Source: Vicugna vicugna (Eukaryota). From it: 64,000 nucleotides of DNA. Numbering within the stretch: position 1 is the first letter of the stretch; each line of letters starts with the position of its first letter. The notes beneath the pieces are model-generated. The model searched no databases, had not been told where the DNA came from, and saw only the letters and a program-made list of their open reading frames with translations. The DNA lies in contig MU058540.1 of NCBI GenBank assembly GCA_013265495.1, positions 2,939,696 to 3,003,695 of the forward strand, read 5' to 3'. Of the stretch, positions 11,930-25,496 are shown piece by piece. The translations under genes and the position numbers were made by a program.

Positions 11930-13700
11930 TCGCCTCCCAACAACAGCCGGAGTGCAAACTTTCCGGGATACGACCCTAAGCCTGGCTTCCCATTTCGCCT
12001 TCGCCACCCGTGGCTGGGCCGGACAGGCGGAGGGGCGCCCTGGAGAAGAGGATACTCTTGAAGGGGGCGCGCGGAGGTAGGGGTTGGAGCCGAAGGAGCC
12101 GAGGGGCTCTGGGTCCAGGGGCGGGGCAGGGGGATCCGGCCAGTGGGAGGCTCACCTGCAGGACACGGTGATCTCCACCTTGGTGGCTGGGATGCTGCCC
12201 GCCAAGGAGTCGAACTCGCTCAGCGACGCCATGTCCTCGGGCTGTTCCATAGCCCACCGCGCCCCCCACCCCAAATTAGTCAATCCCCGCGCAATTCACG
12301 CCTCCTCCGGATCAACCGAAACCCTGGGCTCTCCCCCAACTCCGGAGCCGTGGCTGGGCAGCAAAGGGAGGAGAGAGCAGAGCGAAGAGGGGGCGTGGGA
12401 AGGGAGAGAGGGAAGGGGGGGCGGAGGGAGCGGGGGCCGCGGATAGAGGAAGGGGTGCAGGTGACGCGACGAGGAGGCTGGGGGCCCAGCGGAGACGGGG
12501 AAGGAGTCCAGGGAGCTGGGGAGCCGCGAGGAGGGGTGGAGAGACGCGGGGAATCGTGGAGAGGGACACTGGGAGAGGGGCGAGGAGCTTGGGGGAGGGG
12601 GCAGAGAGGCGCAGAAGAGGGAGAGGGGCGTGGGGGGCCGGATGGGGCGCGGGATGCGGGGGTGGCGGGACTCCGGCAGCCTGGAGCAAGCTCCGAGCGC
12701 AGGGGCTGCGCCGCCTCTCGCTGGATCTCCGAGCGGGCGGCGGCGGGGCTGGGGACGCGGCTGTGAGCACCACCTCCTCGGCTCGAGCTCCGGCTTCGGG
12801 GCGCCCGGGCTGCGGGAAAATCAAATCTGCCCGAAGCCGCCGCCTCCGGCCACCCGGGGCTGGCTGTGTGCTGGTCCTCGAGCGCCGGAGGGGGCGACCG
12901 CAGGGGCCGGGGCGGGGCCGCGGGCGGGGTCTCCGCGCGGGTGTGAGTGTGTCTGTGTGAGCTTGCGAGTCTGTGTGCGTGTTGCGGGCGTGGGTACGCG
13001 GCTCCAGATGCTGGGAGCCTGGGTGTGTGTGCGTGTGCGTGTGCGTGTGTGTGTGTAGTGGGGGTGACAGCTAGAGCTAGTCCGGGCGGTGCGCGTCTCC
13101 ATCAGCGCCCGCCCTCCACTCCCCACCTCCCTGAGGGGTCCCCATACCTAGGGAGGGAGAGGGATGTGTGAACCAAGGGGCATCTGTTTGAGAAGGGTCT
13201 ATGCGGAGCCAGGGTGGGGAGAAACGTGTGCAAAAGAGACAGCACCACCTCCAGACGTTTGGAGGGTCTCTGCTGAGGGTGCGCCCCAACGGGGAGTGGA
13301 TCTCAGTCCAGAAACAAGACTCTACATCTCTTGGGGAAGCGTATGGGGGCGACCCCAGTGCGCGGAGTGGCCGCTTCGGTTTCCCAGTAAGGGTGGTTAG
13401 GTCTAGGCAGGGTGGGTGCACAGGCCCTCCCCCATCCACTTTTGGCTCCCGCTGGGCCTGGCCAAGAGGAGTCATTCACCTAAGCCACGCGCCAGCGCCC
13501 TCCCCATCCTCGGCCTGTCGTGACCACTAGGCTGTGCCAGCCCCCGGGTCTAGAAGCTTCCTCAACCAGAGAGGGCGGCCCAAGCTCCTCAGACTTCTAT
13601 GCCACCAGCACCGAGTAGGCGCTTACTGTGTGCTGGGCTTTGATCCTAGCCGTGCGAAAGAGAGAGCTGAGGCGCCTCTCAGGCAGCCTTCATCCCAGCC
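11930..13700 (-). promoter_or_regulatory. CPNE5: CpG island / promoter and 5' UTR region of CPNE5
   Basis: Very GC- and CpG-rich stretch covering and upstream of the first coding exon, with a GGGGCGGGG GC box near 12908-12916. TSS cannot be pinned from sequence. Confidence 0.85.
12156..12250 (-). CDS. CPNE5: Copine-5 coding exon 1 (rest of gene lies left of the window)
   Basis: ATG at 12250 gives MEQPEDMASLSEFDSLAGSIPATKVEITVSC(R), the copine-5 N-terminus. 95 nt, followed by donor GTGAG (12155-12151). Not in the supplied ORF track; translated by hand. Confidence 0.95.
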
Positions 13701-16700
13701 AAGCGCCTCACGGCCCTACCCTGCCCCTTCTGGGCCTGGGTTCGCAGCGCTATGGCGTCTCTCTAGGGCTTCGCACATAGACTCTCCAGGAAATCCCCCG
13801 CAGCCCCTCCTCGGTCTTAGTCTGCACTTTGCTGAGCAGAAGCTTCCTCTACCGCGCCCACCGCCTGGCATTAGGACAGGATTCGCCTCTGCGCGGGTGG
13901 GGGAAGAGGTCCAGGGAGGCCTACAGCCTGAGGCTGGCCCCGGAAAAGCCACGCCCTCCAGGCCTTGCTTTGGCAGATGGGCCTTAACCGACGCACCAAG
14001 ATTCTGTTTGAAGTCTATTCCCAGAATGTCAGATACAGCCAGAGTCAGAGATAAATATACAAGAACACATTCCTTGGTCTGGGTTAAGTGTTTTATGTTT
14101 ACCCATAGTTCAGGATCCACTGGACCTGGGACCGACCTCAAGAACAAAAGCACTTGGATTCCCAGGGCAGAGGAGGGCTGCTGGGTGGGAAGGCTCCTCT
14201 CTCTGGTTTGGGTATGAGGCCCTCTCTCCATGGACGCGCCTCCTTTCCTGAGGGATGCAAAACTGGGCTTGGAATCTCTGTGCCCTCCAATGCCCCAACC
14301 CCACATACCTGTCTTAGACAATGCTCCAAACATACTTGTGGAATATGCTATTCATTCATTCTACCAGCATTTACTGATTACCTGCTGTGTACCTTGACAG
14401 GTGTTAGAGCCCCTTGGGAAACTTCCTTGGTAACAATGATAACCACCATTCTATTTTCAAAGAGTCTATCCTGGACAAGGCACCATGCTTAATTTTTCTA
14501 AAGTATTATTCACATTATAAAATCTACCATTTTAAAGTATACAGTTCAATAGTTTTTAGTATATTCACAAGGACTATGCATGATTTTAAATTCTCAAAAT
14601 AAGTGTTAAGTATGAGGTATTATTATCCCAGGGAGGCTAAGTAACTGACCCATGATCACCCAGCTGGGAACTGGCAGAGTAAAAATTTGAATCCAGGCTA
14701 TTGAGACCAAAGTCTCTGAACAAAAGTCTTGACTGCCTCTTAGGATGGGGCCAGATGATGGATGGTCTTAAAAGTCATCTATGAAATGAGGCCTAGTTGA
14801 GGAGGACAAGTGGGAGCCATTGCAGGTTACTAAGCAGGTAAGTGGTGAGACTGAAGTTCTACCATGTAACATTGTAACCTCTGGCATAGCAGCCCCTGGG
14901 TCTCTTTCTATAAAGATTCCGGAATCCTTCTGTTTCTCTCCATTCCCTCTTAGTCATTGCATTTCCATTGCTGGCCCTTTGCCCCATCCCACCCCCAAAA
15001 ATTGTATCACGCACCTACTCTGTGCCAGGTGCTTGCTCTCTTAAGCTCAGAGAATAAAGAGGTGAAAAGGACATAGTATCTGTCCTCAGAGAGTTCCCAG
15101 GCTAGTGGGGGCCCCAGGACAGGCAGAAAATACATCACAGTGCAGCATGAACGTGTTGTTGAGGTAGGTATAAAGGGCCCTGGGAATAGAGAAGAGTGAC
15201 CAACAGTTCTACCTCAGGAGTGGGCACAAGGGAGGGTCCGGAGAAACTGAAAAGCAGAGATGGTACTGAGATGGACATTGAACATGTCTATTTGGTTCCC
15301 TCAGAAGCAGGTTCTGAGAAAAAGATCTGAATGTGAGTAGTTTATTCGAGGGATTAGGAAGCACTATGTGGGGAGTGTGGATGTGAGGCAGGGAAGGCAG
15401 GCAATAAGAGTGGTTTATCAAACTAGTTATCACTGTGGGCAGTTAGGGCTCATTCCCACTGAGGAGCTCTGGGAGACCATGTAGAACACACCTTACACTT
15501 AGCCCACCACAGGGGTGAGGGAGCAGTGGTGTGTATACACCAACATTCATCAGTCACTGGCTCAGTGGCTGAGGGCCACTTCCAGGCTGAGGGCGTTAAT
15601 TCCCGGTACTTCTGGCCTGACCAGCACAAAATGGCAATGTAGGTCCCAGAAGCCATAGAAAGCTTCAGGCAAAGAAGTGCAGGTTCTGGCAGTTGGATAT
15701 GGGGCTGGAGTGCACCGCAGTGGTAAAGGTGAGGGTATAGACAGGACAGTGGCTGCTTCAGATGATGAACTTCTGCCTGGAAGACAATGTTGAGCAGGTG
15801 CTCCTGGCAAGGGAGCAGCATGATTAAGGTCCAGAGAGCTGTGTTTGTGGACCCAAGTGTGGCTAGAGCGCAGGATGAATATGAGGCCAGGAGGTGAGGG
15901 GACATGATATAAGGCCAGAGGCTTTTCAGAAGGAGACACTGAAGACCAGACTGGGGTGGTCTGGTCTGAAAGACACCCCTCAGGTACATGGCTAACCAGT
16001 GAGCCGCAGAACACAAAACTTGCTGATCAGGCCTAGGGCAAAATACTCATAGTCCTTGCTCAAATGACTTGCTGATGGTTCAAAAGAAGCCTATGGGCAT
16101 TGCTATTGGAGAGGTCATTTCCTCTCTGAGGGATATGATAGTGCCAAGTAACTGAGGTCACCTGTGATGTTAAACCAGGCCAGCCGGCAGGCCAGCAAGT
16201 GCTGCATACGTGCTGTCTGGGCCTGGCAGCCTAGATTAGAACCAACCACGGCCCTGGCCCACCCCGCCACATAACCAATGCTTGTCCCTCTGATTACAAA
16301 CTGTGAGCACGGAATAGGCCATGCCCAGAAGATCTGGAATAATCAGCATCAGCGTTTTGCCTTTGCCATCCAAGACTGCAAACATGCTCTCCTCTGACCT
16401 AATCTGCAGTGTTAATGATGGCAGAGCAATTTGGAGAGGCAACTCACAGCATTGATAAGGAGAGGAAAAGCACCACAGGGCTGAGGAGGCAGAGCTCACA
16501 AATGAAGCAGCTGCTGCCCTCTCCCCTCCCCTAGGCATGTAAATGCTGCCCTCAGATCTGCTCTGTTTGAGGATGGGGATGATAAGAGCAAAAGAACACA
16601 GAGGAGCAGAAGAAGGAGTGTGCATGGGACAGGGAAGTGGGGGCTGTCCCTATTGCACCTTAGAACAAGCTAGAAAAAGGTGTTCTTTACTTTGGATAAA

Positions 16701-17479
16701 TGCAACCCTGAGCCAGCCAGGGCATATGGCTTGTGGAGCATAGTGTGTGTTGAATTTGAGCCTCTACTTACTCCCTTGGCTGGATGCCCTTGTGAAGTGA
16801 ACACCCTGCAGCACTATATATGGGAGCCCTGGGGAGAGAGGGAGAGGGCATGACAGGAACCTGAAACCACCATGGCAGTAAAGAGGTGGGGGAGATGCAA
16901 TGTCTGATTCCATCCATTAATAGAAATGCAAAAAAAGGCTTGGTTGGAGACCATCTAGGTTAAACCCTTTCTTTCACTAAAAAGCTTCAAGGAGGTGAGT
17001 GATGGAGTCAAGGTCACCTGACTCTTCTCTCAACAAGAAACTCCACTAATAACAGCCAGATCAGGCACCCAAGTGCAGTGAGGACCTGCCTAAGAAGGTC
17101 TAGGGAGAAGCCGTGTTCTGTTGGGCTAGAGGAAGAGGCAGAAGCGGGCCGCTGGGCTCTCCACACCTCCAGCCCCCATTCCTCCTGGAGGGTGGCAGTC
17201 TCCCTGCCAGATGCCCCACCACCCTGACCAGAACCCCACCCTGCCCCTCCTTTCTGCCTCTTACCACATCCCAGCACCACTAGCTCTGTCCATGTTTCAC
17301 CCAGGCAAAGGGAAGCCCCAGGACCCTTCCGCTGCTGGCCCAGCAGCCTTCCCACCCCTAGGATCCCACCCTGCCCTGCTCTGGATGGCTTCTGTCTGCC
17401 GCCCAGTGGGAACTGGCTTCCTCTCTCACTTCTCTTCTTCCTTCCAGCCTCACCTGCTTTTCCAGGTGAGGGAAGCCTC

Positions 17480-18030
17480 CTTGCCTTTACAGTCTAGCTA
17501 CTGGAATCTTCACACTGGCCAAGGGATCCACTTGAAACCAGAGTCAGATTGTGTCACTCCTCTGCTTGAGACACTTCCCCGGCCCCCTTCTCTCTCTGTA
17601 GTAAATGTATTCCCTGGGCTATGGGCTCTGTAAGCACCCCTCCCCATGACCTCTCTGACTTCATCTTGTCTCTCTCTCCCCCTAACGGACCCCATTCCAG
17701 CCACACTGGCCTCCTTATTGGCCCTGCAGGCTCCTGTTTCAAGGTCTTTGTACCTGCTGTTCCCTCAGTCCCTGTGTCCCTTAGGTCCCCCAGATCTCTG
17801 ATCAAATGCTCCCTCTGCAGGGGGCTTTCCTGGCCACACTACCTAACACAGTACCTCGATACTCTCAGCCCCCTGACCCTCCTTTATTTTTCCTCATAGC
17901 AGTATTCTAGACTGTTTTCCCCACTAGAATACACATTTTATGCAAGCAAGAATTTGGTTCATGGTTGCATTCCCAGCTCCTAAGATAGTGCCTAGCACAA
18001 AGCAGGTGCTTAGTTTGTCATATGACTACG
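17480..18030 (+). mobile_element. Ancient LINE-2 3' fragment
   Basis: gagtcagattgtgtcactcctctgctt, ccagccacactggcctcc and atagtgcctagcacaaagcaggtgct motifs. Boundaries approximate. Confidence 0.7.
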
Positions 18031-21000
18031 TGAAAAGTCTACCCCTCCCCTCTGAAACATCGACTCCTTCATGAGGACCCTTGGCTTCCACCTACCAGTC
18101 CCAAACAGGGCCTGAATTCTTTGCCATCACATACATTTCATCTAGCCTTCCGTCCAGAAAACATTTATTGAGCATCTATTATGAATTCAGTTGTTGAGCT
18201 GTTGACAACTACGCCTCTTGGCCAGTACCACAGAGGAGGGAAGGGAATTCTTACTTATTTATTTCGTTTACTAAGAACATACCATGTAATAAGCACAGCT
18301 GTGAGAATTCAACATCCGTCACATTTAATCTTCACAATAACTCCATGATGCTACTGTCCCATTTGACAAATGGGCTAGTTCATTACCAGGGATATAGAAC
18401 TGAGGGAGACCCAGTCTCCCCAGCTCTGTCCAATGGAGTTAGAGCACTCATTTTGAATTTATGTTCCAAAAATCTGCAGAATAATGGGCATTATCTGTTC
18501 CATTTTACAGATAAGGAAACTAAGGTATAAAGTAGTTCAGTACCTTAACTTATCCAGGATCACACAGGTAAGTGGCAGAGACAAGATGCAAACCCAGGAC
18601 CGTGTGGGATCAAAGTCCCTATCCTTGCCCAACACCAGGCTGCTTCCTTCCAGTCTTCACTCAGGGCCTGTCCAGGAGCCTCAGTGTCTGCTGACATGGC
18701 CACCAGTCCCGGGCCCCTCACACATCCGCCAGGCCTAGTCTAGCACCATGTGATCAGTGCTCAGAGCCCTGTCCCTTCTACTTTCAGCCTGTCCAGCATA
18801 GATATCACAGCTTGTCACTACCTCCCCACCCCCACTGAATCTAATATTTAGCTTACTATTGTTAGTTGTGGTGTTGGAAACTTCAGTGCTGCAAAAGACT
18901 TCAAAGATATTACAATTCACCTCGATTTTACAGATCTGGAAACTGAATCCTAGAAACTCAGAAAGAAATTGGCCCAAAGTTGCTTTGCCAATAAGCAGTA
19001 ACTAGAGGTAAAAACTAACAGGAGCTCAGGTTAGAATCAGTCTCCTAGATCCTTTCTTCTCTCACCTCAGCTCCTTCAAGAAGGGATGGGTCCCCTTGAC
19101 TTTCTGTTGATTGATACACACAATTGTGCCATCTCTGGGCCTTCTGAGATAAAGGTCAAGGTGAATCTTCATCTTCCCACTATCACCATCAGCCTTTTAC
19201 ACCCAACCAGAACCAGCTGCATGGTCACGTCACCCCTGGCCTTTCTTCTTGCCATTTCCTCTCCACTAGGCCCACATTCAGGTACCATCTCTTCCAGGAA
19301 GCTAGCCTGGATTCTCACCAACTTTCTTCTTCCACCGAACCTCCAAAACACATCTCTTAGGTAGATTTTTTGTGTTCCTCCTCTCCCACCTAGCAGGGGT
19401 TGTGCCCTGAAAGCCTTGGTCCTTGGATCTTGGTCCTCCACAGCCTGGGCTTCCCTAGGTCTTATCCACCCTCTCTTCCTTTTTACTAGATTTAATTACA
19501 CTTGAATACATTACCCACTAGTCAGCCAGTCTGCCCTCCTGAACTCTCTCTCCACTCGATATAAGCCCATTTCCTCTCATTTGTGCATCTTGGGGAAATG
19601 GAGAATGAATCCTCACATTTCTTCAGAAGCTTAAAAGCAAAATACGTCCCTCCCTGAAGTCCCATCCTCCCACCAACACAGTCAATGTCTTCCTGATTGG
19701 TATGCTCAGGCCTGGTGAGGGATGAAGCAGTTGGATTTCTACCTGAAAGATCTTTCTCGATTCTATTCCCAGAAACTCCACTCATTTCTCCTCAGCCACA
19801 GTTGCTGAGTGTCTGTCTAGGCCTCGGGCCTCTCTGCCCCTTCCCACCTCAGGCTGATGGGTAGGGGTGGGGCTGTCATTTCACCCCAGCCCTCAGATTT
19901 TCCTACACCGCTGCTCCTTAGCATGTCCCCTGGCTGTACCTGCACTGGGACAGTCTAAAAAGCCACCATGGGTGAAATGCTTTTTTTTTTTTAAGCTCTA
20001 AATTCATTTTCAGGCCAAGCTGCCTGTATTTGCTTGCCTGGCTGAAGAAAACTGAAACGTGCACAAATGCTACAACCCTGGCTTTGTGTGGAAGCTGAAG
20101 ACTCAGTGGCCCTGCCCCCTGAGCTCGCCTGCTTGCATCTCCAGCTGCCTGCAGTGATTTCCCTGAATTTTATTAACTCTGCCCCCTGCACTGAGAGAGG
20201 AGCTCATCAGACACACTTCACATCTTGCCTCCTCCACCCTGGCTAAGAAAAGTTGCCCTGATTACAAGAAGTATGTGTTCCCCAGTTCTCTGATAATTCT
20301 ATCAGGAGCCAGGGTGAGGCTCAGGTGTCAGGCTTTGGGAGCTGCTGCTGACAGCCTCTCAGAGGCCGCCTGCCCGCCTGCCTGGGGGTAAGAGGCAGAG
20401 TGCTGGGTTGTCTCCATTCATGCTGTGACCTTGAGCCCCTCACTGTATCTCTGCTTCTTAGGTACACTCCAGCTTAAAAAATGGGAGTAATAATACCCAT
20501 ACCCCCATCCCCTCCAAGTTGGTGTGAGATTCCAATTAGACGAGGATGTACTGGGAGCTACCTGGGGAAAAAAAAATGCCATCATAAAAATGCCCAAATT
20601 TAGACCAGAGAGGGGTTAGAAACCAATTCTGGGCTTCTCATTCTACAGATGGAAAAACTAAGGCTTGGGGAAGTTGCCAAGGTCTCAACGACATGGCTTG
20701 AAAACCAGCTTCCAGATTTTTTGAGTTGGAGGGAGGGAGCAAAGAATGGTAAAGAAACCATTCCTGTGGGACTTAAGGGTATGATGGAAGGAGAGAGCAG
20801 ACCCTAAGCTTGAAGTTCAGTCCTGCTAAGGCCCAGACAACTGCTGTGGAGTCTTCATCCATGAAATGGATTCATCTATGAAACAGACATTATGTCTTAT
20901 TCACAGGCTTTCAGAGAGGACTGAATAGAATAATGTGTGAAGAACCTGGCATGTGGTATGTTTCCCAAACATGAGTTCCTTCCCTTCTCTTATTTTGTCT

Positions 21001-23808
21001 TAAACAATATCACAAATGCTTTCAAAAAGGGAAGGCCAAAGGGAACATTTTCTCTTAGAGCTAAATGCTGCCAAAAAGAGCTGTGAAACTTGGATTCCCT
21101 TTCCTTTGGGGGCTTCCCATATACAGTGAATGTGAAATGGCCATTTTCCCCATCAGCGTAATGAGGAAGTAAAAATACTGCTTCTCCCTCCTTCTCTACC
21201 ACCTCAGCTGTATAAGAGCTTTCTCACATGTATGCAGGTCAGCAGTTTTTAATGGAGCTGTGGCCAGATCCTCACAGAAAGGAAAGTGATTTCTATGAGA
21301 TTAGCTGAGTGGTGGGGCTAACAGTTATGATCCAATAAACACACTGATTAGGGTCATTTGTGCTCCATCCCTCCCTCCTCTCCTTCCTGCTGTGCCTTGA
21401 TGGGCCTGATGCAGGCTCGGCTTGGAAGGAACTTGGAGACAGCTAAGGCTGGGGCCTGGGGATGCAGATGGAGCGGTCAGATTGGACAGCCCAGCCTGCA
21501 AGGTAGGAGATTCAGGTCCTAGCTCCTGTCCTGCAACCAGATCATTCTTTTTCTGCACCTCATCCTCCTTCTCTGTGTATCAAAGGTGGAGATAAAAGGG
21601 CTGACCTTGGGATCAGAAGTTCCTAAGTTCATGCCCTAGCCCTGCCTTTTACTAACCATGCAACCCTGGGCCCTTTACTCCATCCATTCATTCCCCCTGT
21701 ATACAGTTTTGTACTACGTGCCTTTGGTCCTCAGTCTTCTTGTGTGCAAGTGGGGATCATAATACCAATCTCAGAGGATGGTTTTGGGGATTAAGAGAAA
21801 AATACATAAAAGAAGTTTCCACAAACCACAGAACAAAGAAAGAGCAACAATAGCTTTTTGTTTTCTTCTAAGGTTCCTTCTGGTTGACTCTGATTCTACA
21901 AAAACATTTGCTACTGCTGGGCCCAGAAGAGGGGCTCCAAAATTACTTGCTGAATGAATAAATTCAACTGAAAAGTGGAACATTAAGTGGCTAAGAGGGA
22001 ATCGGGCCCCAGTCATAGGGCCTCACCCAACCCTGCCATACAGAGGGCTTCTCCATCTAGTCAAGGAAGCAAGAAAGAGGGCTGGCAGGCCTGTGCCAAA
22101 AGAGTGCCTTCCTAGACCTGTTCAGTGCCAGGCTGATCTCTCAACTCTGGTCCCATGCAGTCTCCACAGTTGCTGGCCTTCCACATCCAAGGGACGGCAA
22201 GCCTGGTTTAGAATCATGAAAGGCATTGGTAGGCTTCTGCCTTTTGAAGAAGCTGCAAGACTAAACTGTATTCACAGTGGCCTCTAGTGGCAAATTTCCA
22301 AAACAGCATGCTAAATGGAAACTTGGCAGCTAAAGGAATTTTCTCAGAATGACCTAGATTCAGAAATTGAGGGCTAATAGAGACCTAGTTCTGATCTTCG
22401 CTTGATGAGGAAGCTGAATTCCAGAGGTAAAGGGATTCATCCAAGGTCACACAAAAGCTGACATCTCACTGTCCACAACCTTTGCCCCATACTGGTCATC
22501 TGTGGTTTCAGATGCAGTTAGGGATCATGAATTACCTATTTGGAAGAACAAGGACTCAATATCAAAATCAGATCAAGCTGGCCTTAGAATGAGATACTAA
22601 CATGTTTTCTTCCCCTGCACTTTGCTTGTCTTTCATCTGTTAAGAAAAAAAATGTTACTGGAAGATCCCTTATCCTCATATTTACCTGAAGAATAGTAAT
22701 CTGCTCTACAGGCAACAGGGCTCCAAGGCCATGAAGTGCTTTGTAGGCAGTAAACCCCGTCACTTAAACAAATGTGCTTTTCAACGTTTCCTCCTCCACA
22801 CGTCGCAAGAATGTAGTGCCAGAAGGGGCCACAGTCACGGCTCAGATTGGTAGGAATCATTTCACTTGTGCAGGGAAAGCTATTTTGACATATTCTGGAA
22901 ACACAATCCAAAAATAAATTAAGCTGAGGACTTCCAGAGGGCTTAGTGGAAAGGCTTTGCTGCCATACCAGCTAAAGCCTGGGCTTGGAGACTTGGGGCA
23001 AAGCTATTCCTACAAATGGATCTCAATCTTTTCCTGACAGAGAACATTTTTAAAATTTGATTCATTCAGCAATAACCTCAAAGAACTGCATAAGGTGCTG
23101 AGGGGACTCCCAGAGGGGAATAAGACAAGGGCTTTTGCTCTCAGAGGCGAGCCCAGTGGGAGGAATAAGTGTGCAAGGACAGGCCACTGAAACACTGGGA
23201 TGAAGAGGCAGGAGAGGTAAGTGGTGGCTTCAAGGGCCACAGGTAATAACAACAGCTGTTTCCTAAATGCTGATCCCTGATCTAAATACCTGCTCTAGCT
23301 CGTTTAATCTTCACAATAGCCTTATGAGGTTAGGACCGTTATCCTCATTTTATAGTTGAGGAAACTAAGGAACTGAGATTAAAAAACTAATTCATCACAC
23401 TGCTGCTAAGCAGTGAAGCTGGATTCTGAATTCTGAGTTTGGTTACAAAGCCCTTTTCCTTCAATATCATAATTGCTGGTGTCTCCCCTGCATTTATGTG
23501 ATGTCTACTAAACCATACCATCTTATGCACCCTGGTGCCCACATAGGATCTGTGTCACACATGGTCTTATGTCCATGGTGTATTAAAGTGGGAATGGAAG
23601 GCAGAAGGGCATTGTTTCTTAAAGCTTCATCTTAGTAGTCAAAGTCAGAAGCTGATAAAGTTCATCCTATGCTTTGAATCCCTTCACTCTTCCAAGACTG
23701 GTCTAGGAGGCAGAAGAAAAGGTTATGGTCCTGACTGCTCTGTGCTCTTAGGAACCACCTCCACCAATTTCCTGTTGGACAAACTTGAACTCTAGGATCT
23801 CACTAACT

Positions 23809-23957
23809 CAGTGTTAATGACCAACGGTCTGGACTAGCAGTCACCTTCTTCTGGGAGCTGGTTAGAAACAGAATCTCTGGCTGGATGCTGAATCTGGCTC
23901 TGCTTTCTAGCAGGCTCCCCAGTGATTCTTATGTAGGCAAAGTGTGAGAAGCCCTGG
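23809..23957. mobile_element. MER5A-like hAT MITE
   Basis: cagtg...gaatctctgg...caggctccccagtgattcttatgtaggcaaagtgtgagaagccctg pattern. Confidence 0.65.
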
Positions 23958-25354
23958 GCTAGGGTACTTGGGGGCCATGCACTTTACAGTCTGGGAACCA
24001 AACTTCTTACCCAACCCATGGGCACTCATTTGAAAGCTTCTTTCATTGGCTTATCTACTTTCAACTTCAAGCCTTCTCCAAAAAGTCTAGACTCTCCTAC
24101 CCTTCCCACCAAAACTGTATCTCTCCTACTCCTTGATTAGCTCTGGTGGTCCCACAACCTACCTTCATTAATCTCCATCTAAGTTACAAACTCATTGTAT
24201 AAGCCACTGATCTATTTGAGCTGTGACTGCAATGAGCTATCTGTGCCCAAGCACATCCCACTTTTATGAGACTTGTCCTAATCGTACTTACCCTGAGAGA
24301 GTATGGGCACTCATATAACAAAAGGATCCACCAGGATTCCTTTTATGCAAGCTCCCTTTATAAAGAATCGAGAATTTTTACATCTCTGGCTAACTGGCAG
24401 AATCACTAGAAATTGCGAAACAATTCAAGTTTTACTCTTTGAGGTGACATCCTTTATGAAAACTGGCATATGCTTGCATGTATGATCACTTTGGCATACA
24501 TTTGGTGTACTTATCTAGAAACAAGGAACTGTGCCTGTGTGGCTCACAACCTTCTTTGCTTCTCAAAGTAGCAATAATATATTTATACCATTCCCATGAC
24601 CTGGGTGAAAGGGATTTTCAGGATTATAATTCTGAGAGGTGAGTCAAGGGGTGTCTTACTCCTTGCTCCTAGAGGGGGATCCAACTATGTCCACCCAGTC
24701 CAGGCTGAAGGAAATGTATTTCTACTTCTCAGACCAGGACTTGGCACCTCAAAACTATCTCTGGAAGTTACAAATCGTTTACATAGTTTGTTATTAGGTT
24801 TTGCTTTTTTGTTGTTAGGGAAAAAGAGAGACGAATGGAGAAAGAGGCTGAACATGAGGAAGGCTTGGAGAACAGAATCTTGTTTGGCCATTCCATAAAG
24901 TAAATCACCATTTCCAAAATGTGTAGAGTGGTAAGAAGGAACATTAATCTACAATCTCCTTTTCAATCAAGGAGATAACTCATTTAAGAAAGCAAACACC
25001 ACAACATATATTGCCTCTGGGCCCATAATGACATGCAGGTATATCTCTTGCAAGTTCAGGGAATGGTTCCAGTCTCTCAGCACATCCATCTGGTTAATCT
25101 ACAGCGGTTTTCCCCTCACTGAGAAATGTTAATCAATTGTCACTTAACTGCTTTCTTTGGTACTGCCTTTTATTTATTTATTTATTTATTGATATTGCCT
25201 TTTAAAAGTCAAACCTGCTCTTGAACGGAAGAAGCCCACTGGAGACCCACAAACCTAAAATGGTGTGAAAATTTGAAAATGCGCCCTGCAACACTACTTG
25301 AGATGGTTCAGAGGTTAAAGTGGCTATCAGAACCTCCTACAATATTTAAAAACA

Positions 25355-25443
25355 GGGGGAGGCTACAGCTCAAGGCTACTAGGTCCTGGGTTCAATCCCC
25401 AATACCTTCTCTAAAAATAAATAATAAAACTAATTACCCCTAA
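25355..25443 (+). mobile_element. Internally deleted tRNA-derived SINE (Vic-1-like)
   Basis: GGGGGAGGCTACAGCTCAAGG...AGGTCCTGGGTTCAATCCCCAATACC plus AT-rich tail. TSD aatatttaaaa at 25341-25351 and 25444-25454. Confidence 0.8.
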
Positions 25444-25490
25444 AATATTTAAAATCAGACCACAGCAGTGATTTCAGCCATCAATGGCAT

Positions 25491-25496
25491 TTTATT
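25491..25496 (-). terminator. PPIL1: Candidate PPIL1 polyadenylation signal AATAAA (3' UTR ~0.95 kb)
   Basis: tttatt on the plus strand ~940 nt past the stop codon, with GT-rich sequence downstream on the minus strand. Confidence 0.6.

Noticed and set aside
1..12155. Further CPNE5 coding exons
   Set aside because: I could not find a C2-domain exon continuation by eye, so this region is treated as intron 1.
11976..14333. Many long overlapping ORFs (up to 227 aa)
   Set aside because: Expected stop-codon depletion in a GC-rich CpG island. Only the 95-nt CPNE5 exon resembles a known protein.
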